DNA of 30,482 nucleotides from positions 1 to 30,482 of the IMG/VR virus record IMGVR_UViG_3300044676_003370, one strand, 5' to 3'. A model generated the notes under the pieces. The model was given only the letters and a program-made list of their open reading frames with translations. It was not told the DNA's origin and searched no databases. Made by a program: the position numbers and the translations under genes. Positions 25,848 through 30,482 of the stretch are shown here, one piece after another. Position 1 is the stretch's first letter; every line of letters begins with the position of its first letter. The stretch comes from a virus. Lineage: Duplodnaviria > Caudoviricetes.

Positions 25848-25999
25848 ACCGCGTGACCCGAGTTCAAGGGCTCCGCCGCTCTAACGCGGCGGGGCGCCAC
25901 CCCGACCGACGCACAAAACGGCTCAGGAACCGGGGAGCGCAGAAACGCGCCGCTATTGCCGAGCAGAGAAACTCATATCCCAAACGGGGGTCGTGCTAA
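25844..25999 (+). CDS. Small basic protein (RRSNAAGRH)
   Basis: GTGA overlap, GAGGTG RBS. Confidence 0.6.
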   Translation: MNRVTRVQGLRRSNAAGRHPDRRTKRLRNRGAQKRAAIAEQRNSYPKRGSC

Positions 26000-26002
26000 C
26001 CT
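25982..26002 (+). promoter_or_regulatory. Class B promoter upstream of the scaffold/capsid operon
   Basis: AAACGGGGGTCG-TGcTAACCT. Confidence 0.6.
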
Positions 26003-26021
26003 CTTAGACGTCGAGACCTGT

Positions 26022-26065
26022 GGGTTGTCGCACAACGTATTCACGTTGTCTGGCAGCCCGTTTTT
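26022..26065 (+). terminator. Intrinsic terminator-like hairpin
   Basis: GGGTTGTC..ACAACGT-attc-ACGTTGT..GGCAGCCC then GTTTTT. Confidence 0.7.
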
Positions 26066-26080
26066 CATGTAGGAGGACTG

Positions 26081-26938
26081 GTGGGGCGACCTGCTCGCAA
26101 GATGGTCAATCTTTCCATTGAAGAAACCTCGGGCGTAGATCACCCGGCTCATCTGCATGAAGGTTGGCTCGTGATGAAAGCGGCTTCGCAAGAAGATGTC
26201 GACATGGCTATGCGTCGCGAAGCGGACCCAAATGAAGAAGAAATGCAGTCGATCCTGAAAGAGGCCGAGGAGGTCAACATGGACACGCAGGACGTGCAGG
26301 TCGAGGAGACCGAAATTGAGAAGGCTGATAAGCCTTCATATGAGGATCTCGAAATGATGCTGGAAAAGGCTAACGCTCGCATCGCCGAGATGGAGAAGGA
26401 AATGGGCGCCAAGAAGCCGAAGGCTGAAGGCGACATGGAAGGCGACGACGAGAAGTTGCCGGAGTTCCTTCGGAAGGAAGCACCCGAGGAGGTGCGTAAG
26501 GCTTACGAGTCGATGCAGAAGGCTGTTGCTGATGCTCAGGCTCAGGTCGAGGCCGCTGAGATGGAGTTGCGTAAAGAGCGTGCAGAGCGGGCGGACGCGG
26601 AAGCGGTCGTCAAGGCTCGCGAGTCCTACGCGAATCTCGGTCTTGATCCCGAGATGGTGGGTCCGGCTCTGCGCCGCCTCGCCGAATCGGATGTTGATCT
26701 CGCTAAGTCCGTCGAGGACGTGCTGACCGCCGCTAACGCGAAGGTCGAGTCCGCTGACATCTTCAGCGAGATCGGTAAGTCGGCTCGCCCGTCGGGCACG
26801 GCTTACGAGAAGGCCGAGGCTATGGCTAAGGCCGCTGTTGCGGATGGCAAGTCCGCGACGTTCGAGCAGGCTCTTTCTGACGTTTTCACGTCGGATTCGG
26901 ACCTGTACATGTCCTACCTCGCCGAGCAGGGAAAGTGA
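26081..26938 (+). CDS. Capsid scaffolding protein with an N-terminal protease-like strand
   Basis: LSIEETSGVDHPAH, then acidic coiled coil; upstream of cement and MCP. Confidence 0.8.
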   Translation: MGRPARKMVNLSIEETSGVDHPAHLHEGWLVMKAASQEDVDMAMRREADPNEEEMQSILKEAEEVNMDTQDVQVEETEIEKADKPSYEDLEMMLEKANARIAEMEKEMGAKKPKAEGDMEGDDEKLPEFLRKEAPEEVRKAYESMQKAVADAQAQVEAAEMELRKERAERADAEAVVKARESYANLGLDPEMVGPALRRLAESDVDLAKSVEDVLTAANAKVESADIFSEIGKSARPSGTAYEKAEAMAKAAVADGKSATFEQALSDVFTSDSDLYMSYLAEQGK

Positions 26939-26949
26939 GGGCCTGAACA

Positions 26950-27348
26950 ATGGCCTACGAGTTCAGTAACTATGCAGTAAAGGCCACGCTCGTTGCGGGT
27001 GCGGATCTTTCTGCGAAGCAGTACCACTTCGTCAAGATTGACAACGGCACCGGCAAGGTTGTCGCTGTCAGTGGAGCAACCGATCGTCCGGTGGGTGTTC
27101 TTCAGAACAACCCGACTGCCGATCAGGAGGCCGAGGTTCTCATCGTTGGTGGCACGAAGATCGCCGCTGGTGGGACCGCTTCGGCTGGACAACCGCTCTT
27201 TCCGAGCGCCTCTGGCAACGCCGTGACGCTCGCGTTCGGCACGACCGGGTCCGCTGCCTACGCCGTCGGCACCTTCGTGACCGCCGCCAGCGCAAGCGCG
27301 ACCGTGACCGCTGTAGTCGACTGCGCCAACGCAGGTCGCGGACTCTAA
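26950..27348 (+). CDS. Capsid cement/decoration protein (DUF2190-like)
   Basis: AGADLS.KQY.FVK...GVLQN.P; position. Confidence 0.75.
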   Translation: MAYEFSNYAVKATLVAGADLSAKQYHFVKIDNGTGKVVAVSGATDRPVGVLQNNPTADQEAEVLIVGGTKIAAGGTASAGQPLFPSASGNAVTLAFGTTGSAAYAVGTFVTAASASATVTAVVDCANAGRGL

Positions 27349-27361
27349 GGAGAACTGAGAA

Positions 27362-28342
27362 ATGCCACAGCCAACAATCAGTGACGTCCATGTTGACGCC
27401 ATTCTGACGAACATCTCCGTCGCCTACATGCAGAAGGCGGAGAACATGATCGCAGACAAGGTGTTCCCGGTCGTCCCCGTTGATAAGAAGTCGAACAAGT
27501 ATTTCACCTACGACAAGGCGGATTGGTTCCGTGACGAGGCTCAGCGCCGCGCACCGGGCACCGAGTCTGCTGGTGGTGGATACAACCTGTCGACTGACAC
27601 CTACGCGGCTGACGTGTGGGCGTTCCACAAGGACGTCGACGATCAGACGGTCGCCAACGCTGACACCCCGCTCAACCCGCTGCGTGAGGCCGCTGAGTTC
27701 GTTACTTCGCGTCTGCTGCTGCGTCGTGAGGTCCAGTTCATCACTGACTTCATGACCACGGGTGTGTGGGACAACGAGGTGACTGGTGTCACGTCGAGCC
27801 CCGTGTCGGGTACGTCGTTCTATCAGTGGAGCGACTACAGCAACTCTGATCCGATCGAGGACATCGAAACGGCGAAGGAAGACATTCTTTCGACCACGGG
27901 TTACGAGGGCAACACTCTCGTTCTCGGGTATCAGACGTTCCGCCAGTTGAAGAACCACCCTGACATCGTTGACCGCTACAAGTACACCACTTCTAGCGTG
28001 ATCACCGAGGAGATGATGGCTCGCCTGTTCGGCGTCGATCGCATCCTCGTCGCGAAGTCGGTGCGTAACTCCGCTGCGGAGGGCTTGACTGCCTCCTACG
28101 GGTTCAACTTCGGTAAGGCCGCGTGCCTGCTGCACGTTGCACCCAACCCGGGTCTGATGACCCCGTCCGCTGGCTACATCTTCGCGTGGACTGGCGTGTC
28201 GGGTGGGCTCGGTTCCACCATTGGAACGTCGCAGTTCCGCATGGAGAGCCTGAAGGCTGCCCGCGTTGAGGCTGAGGTCGCGTTCGACAACAAGGTTGTC
28301 GCCAACGATCTCGGTTACTTCTTCAACAGCGCCGTCGCCTAG
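27362..28342 (+). CDS. Major capsid protein
   Basis: HVDAILTNISVAY...IADKVFPVVPV; size and position. Confidence 0.9.
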   Translation: MPQPTISDVHVDAILTNISVAYMQKAENMIADKVFPVVPVDKKSNKYFTYDKADWFRDEAQRRAPGTESAGGGYNLSTDTYAADVWAFHKDVDDQTVANADTPLNPLREAAEFVTSRLLLRREVQFITDFMTTGVWDNEVTGVTSSPVSGTSFYQWSDYSNSDPIEDIETAKEDILSTTGYEGNTLVLGYQTFRQLKNHPDIVDRYKYTTSSVITEEMMARLFGVDRILVAKSVRNSAAEGLTASYGFNFGKAACLLHVAPNPGLMTPSAGYIFAWTGVSGGLGSTIGTSQFRMESLKAARVEAEVAFDNKVVANDLGYFFNSAVA

Positions 28343-28350
28343 GAGGAAGC

Positions 28351-28614
28351 ATGAGCAACCGTCTTACTCGTGGAGAAGCACTCGTCGGCGACTTGTCGAC
28401 CGATGACGATCTCGCAGTTGGCGATGACGCCACGGTTTCCGGTGACTTGACGGTCACTGGCAATCTGACCGCTGGCGGCACCATCGACCTCGGTGATCCG
28501 GTGTCGAACATCGCTGATCCGAGCGGTGGCGCCACTCAGGATGCTGAGGCACGCACCGCGATCGAGGCTATCCTCGACGCACTGGATGCTGTCGGGATCA
28601 TGGCGGCTTCCTAA
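28351..28614 (+). CDS. Small virion protein (head fiber-like)
   Basis: GDLTVTGNL repeats; AIEAILDALDAVG C-terminus. Confidence 0.6.
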   Translation: MSNRLTRGEALVGDLSTDDDLAVGDDATVSGDLTVTGNLTAGGTIDLGDPVSNIADPSGGATQDAEARTAIEAILDALDAVGIMAAS

Positions 28615-28626
28615 TCGAACATCCCT

Positions 28627-28668
28627 GTGGAGGGGGTCGGCGGGTTGATCCCTGTCGGCCCCCTCTGC
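28627..28668 (+). terminator. 18-bp hairpin after the capsid genes
   Basis: Stem 28627-44/28651-68 with G-U pairs on + strand; no U-tract. Confidence 0.6.
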
Positions 28669-28683
28669 GTGTAAGGAGCAGTA

Positions 28684-29097
28684 ATGACATGGTCTTATTC
28701 GGGTGATCCTTCGGATTCGTCGAAGGACAAGGTTCGGTTCCTGATTGGGGACACGGACACTGATGATCAGTTGTTGTCTGATGAGGAGATCACTTATGTG
28801 ATCACGGAGTCGGGTGGCTCGATCTATCAGGCTGCCCATGATGCGGCTTACGCTGTCGCGTCTCAGTTCTCCCGTAAGGCGCAGAGCAAGAGCGTCGGAG
28901 ATATGTCGATCTCGTATGCGGATCGCGCTAAGGCTTACTTCATGCTCGCGACTGAGTTGCTCGAATTGGGTGCTCGCCGTGAACCTCCGACGCCGTGGAT
29001 TTCGCCGAATAACATCAAGCGTGCCGTCGATAAGACGGTGCCGCCGGATAATGGCACAGAGTTCTACACGGGTCAGACTGATTATTACAGGGCGTAA
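28684..29097 (+). CDS. Head-to-tail adaptor
   Basis: DKVRFLIGDTD..DQLLSDEEI; KSVGDMSISY. Confidence 0.85.
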   Translation: MTWSYSGDPSDSSKDKVRFLIGDTDTDDQLLSDEEITYVITESGGSIYQAAHDAAYAVASQFSRKAQSKSVGDMSISYADRAKAYFMLATELLELGARREPPTPWISPNNIKRAVDKTVPPDNGTEFYTGQTDYYRA

Positions 29098-29099
29098 TC

Positions 29100-29432
29100 G
29101 TGGCTATCTCTAGTGAGTTTCTGCCGTTGATGTTGGAGACGGTGACGTTGAAGGGGCAGAGTTCCCTTGACCGTTACGGGAAGCAGACGTTTGCTGCTTC
29201 GGGCACGTCGTATCGCGCTCGCCTTGTGTGGGAGGAGCGGATTTTGCGGGATCAGCAGGGTCGCGAGATTGTGGAGACTGGTCGAGCGATTTTGTATGGT
29301 GCTGCAGCGTCGGCTACGACGCAGTGGCAGATCACGTTGCCAGATGGGTCGACACCGAAGATTACGAGTGTGGACACGATTCAGGATGAAGATGGGGATC
29401 ATCATTCTGTTATTGGGTTTGGGCAGGGCTGA
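29100..29432 (+). CDS. Head closure/stopper protein
   Basis: DRYGK, ITLPDG; synteny. Confidence 0.7.
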   Translation: MAISSEFLPLMLETVTLKGQSSLDRYGKQTFAASGTSYRARLVWEERILRDQQGREIVETGRAILYGAAASATTQWQITLPDGSTPKITSVDTIQDEDGDHHSVIGFGQG

Positions 29433-29866
29433 TGGCTAAGCGAGTTCGGGTGAAGAACTTGGAGCCTTTGATGAAGGCTTTCATTGTCGCTGGTCAGGAT
29501 GCTCCGAAGTTCGCGGCGAAAGCGTTGAAGGAAGAAGCCGATGAGGCTTTTGTGATGTCTCAGTCGTTTGTGCCAGTTCGGACAGGTAACTTGTTGACGT
29601 CGGGTGAGGTTCGGGGTCCGTTCGTTCGTGGATCGAAAATTGAGTGTTTCATTCGTTATGGCGGTCCTGCTGCTCCGTATGCGGCGATCGTTCATGAGGT
29701 GCCACCGAATAGTGGTGGCCGTTGGGGTACGGGTTACAAGCATGATTTCCCGACGCGCTGGAAGTATTTGGAGAATCCTGTGCGGCTTTACGCTCGTGGC
29801 ATGGGTGACCGTATGACGCATCGTGTGCTGGACATGATCGCTAAAAGATTTGAGATAGGCGCATGA
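29432..29866 (+). CDS. Neck protein (HK97 gp10-like)
   Basis: VPVRTGNL, PYAAIVHE, KYLENP. Confidence 0.8.
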   Translation: MAKRVRVKNLEPLMKAFIVAGQDAPKFAAKALKEEADEAFVMSQSFVPVRTGNLLTSGEVRGPFVRGSKIECFIRYGGPAAPYAAIVHEVPPNSGGRWGTGYKHDFPTRWKYLENPVRLYARGMGDRMTHRVLDMIAKRFEIGA

Positions 29867-30267
29867 GTACGATTCTTGAAGCCGTTGGTGATTATTTGCA
29901 GACGAATGGGTATGGCACTCAGGGGACAGATATTTTTCTCGCGGTGCTGCCGGAGTCGCCTGATGCGTGCATCGCCGTGTATGAGGCTGTTGGTAACACT
30001 CCTGAGTTCACGATGGGGTCGGACCCGTGGGCGATTGACCGTCCTGTGATTCAGGTGATTTGTCGCGCTGGTCGGGGTGATTACCCGACGGCTCGTAATC
30101 AAGCGGAGGCGATTCGGGCACTGTTGGGTGCTGTCACGAATACGATTATTTCGACTATCCCGATTTTGCGTATCCAGTCTCAGGGCTCGATTATTCCTAT
30201 GGGGGAGGATGAGAATCAGCGTCCTATGGTGTCCGCCAATTTTGAGTGCATGGTGCGCTATGAGTGA
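29863..30267 (+). CDS. Tail terminator/completion protein
   Basis: P.SPD, P.IQV..R, GEDENQRP...NF. Confidence 0.8.
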   Translation: MSTILEAVGDYLQTNGYGTQGTDIFLAVLPESPDACIAVYEAVGNTPEFTMGSDPWAIDRPVIQVICRAGRGDYPTARNQAEAIRALLGAVTNTIISTIPILRIQSQGSIIPMGEDENQRPMVSANFECMVRYE

Positions 30268-30400
30268 CCCCTATGGACGTACCGCTGTTACGGATGATGC
30301 CCCGAGGTGTTGGAGATGCAATAGAGTGTTAGCGGTGTTCGTGACAAGACCGTGGGCAGTGAAGTGCTCTCGGTGCAAGGCGGAAAACCGTAGCCAGTAG
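30260..30400 (+). CDS. Com-like zinc-ribbon protein
   Basis: RCWRCNRVLA...VKCSRCKAEN. Confidence 0.65.
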   Translation: MSDPYGRTAVTDDAPRCWRCNRVLAVFVTRPWAVKCSRCKAENRSQ

Positions 30401-30409
30401 GAGGCACGG

Positions 30410-30482
30410 GTGGCTCTGGCAGATGCGTTAGACGATTTGATGAGTGGGCCGGTGAAGGCTCCGTCGAAGCAGTGTGCTGTCG
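30410..30482 (+). CDS. Hypothetical protein, truncated by window edge (MALADALDDL...)
   Basis: RBS AGGAGG, GTG start. Confidence 0.55.
   Translation, partial: MALADALDDLMSGPVKAPSKQCAV

Noticed and set aside
1302-28135. Long antisense ORFs (1302..2282, 13762..14463, 23360..24289, 27140..28135 and others)
   Set aside because: Shadows of high-GC sense genes; no motifs or RBS
1-30482. tRNA, integrase/att site, transposase
   Set aside because: None recognisable by eye; prophage versus free phage cannot be determined

Overview
High-GC tailed-phage (Caudoviricetes) genome segment. Two WhiB genes, a DUF732-like protein and leaderless/extended -10 promoters point to an actinobacterial host. 1-11.8 kb is a mosaic of small early/accessory genes, including a HEXXH metalloprotein, a secreted lytic transglycosylase, 2x WhiB, SSB, a Cas4-like nuclease and a Mesh1/SAH-like HD hydrolase. 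11.8-30.3 kb is the head/neck module (portal, MuF, XkdF-type protease, scaffold, cement, major capsid, connectors). No terminase lies next to the portal and no tail tube follows the tail terminator. The standout is 13.3-22.8 kb: three consecutive polyproteins in which effector-like domains (Arr-like ART, R-S-E ART, GNAT, SAM-lyase-like, ParB-like, RelA/SpoT-like synthetase) each follow a recurring K|HxxGxHDQxxHG tag at Lys-ended junctions. Candidate immunity elements are a nested +1-frame ORF, a domain fused to the head protease, and the distant HD hydrolase. I infer a protease-processed, capsid-loaded, swappable multi-effector cassette. All family calls come from motif recognition by eye; no searches were run.
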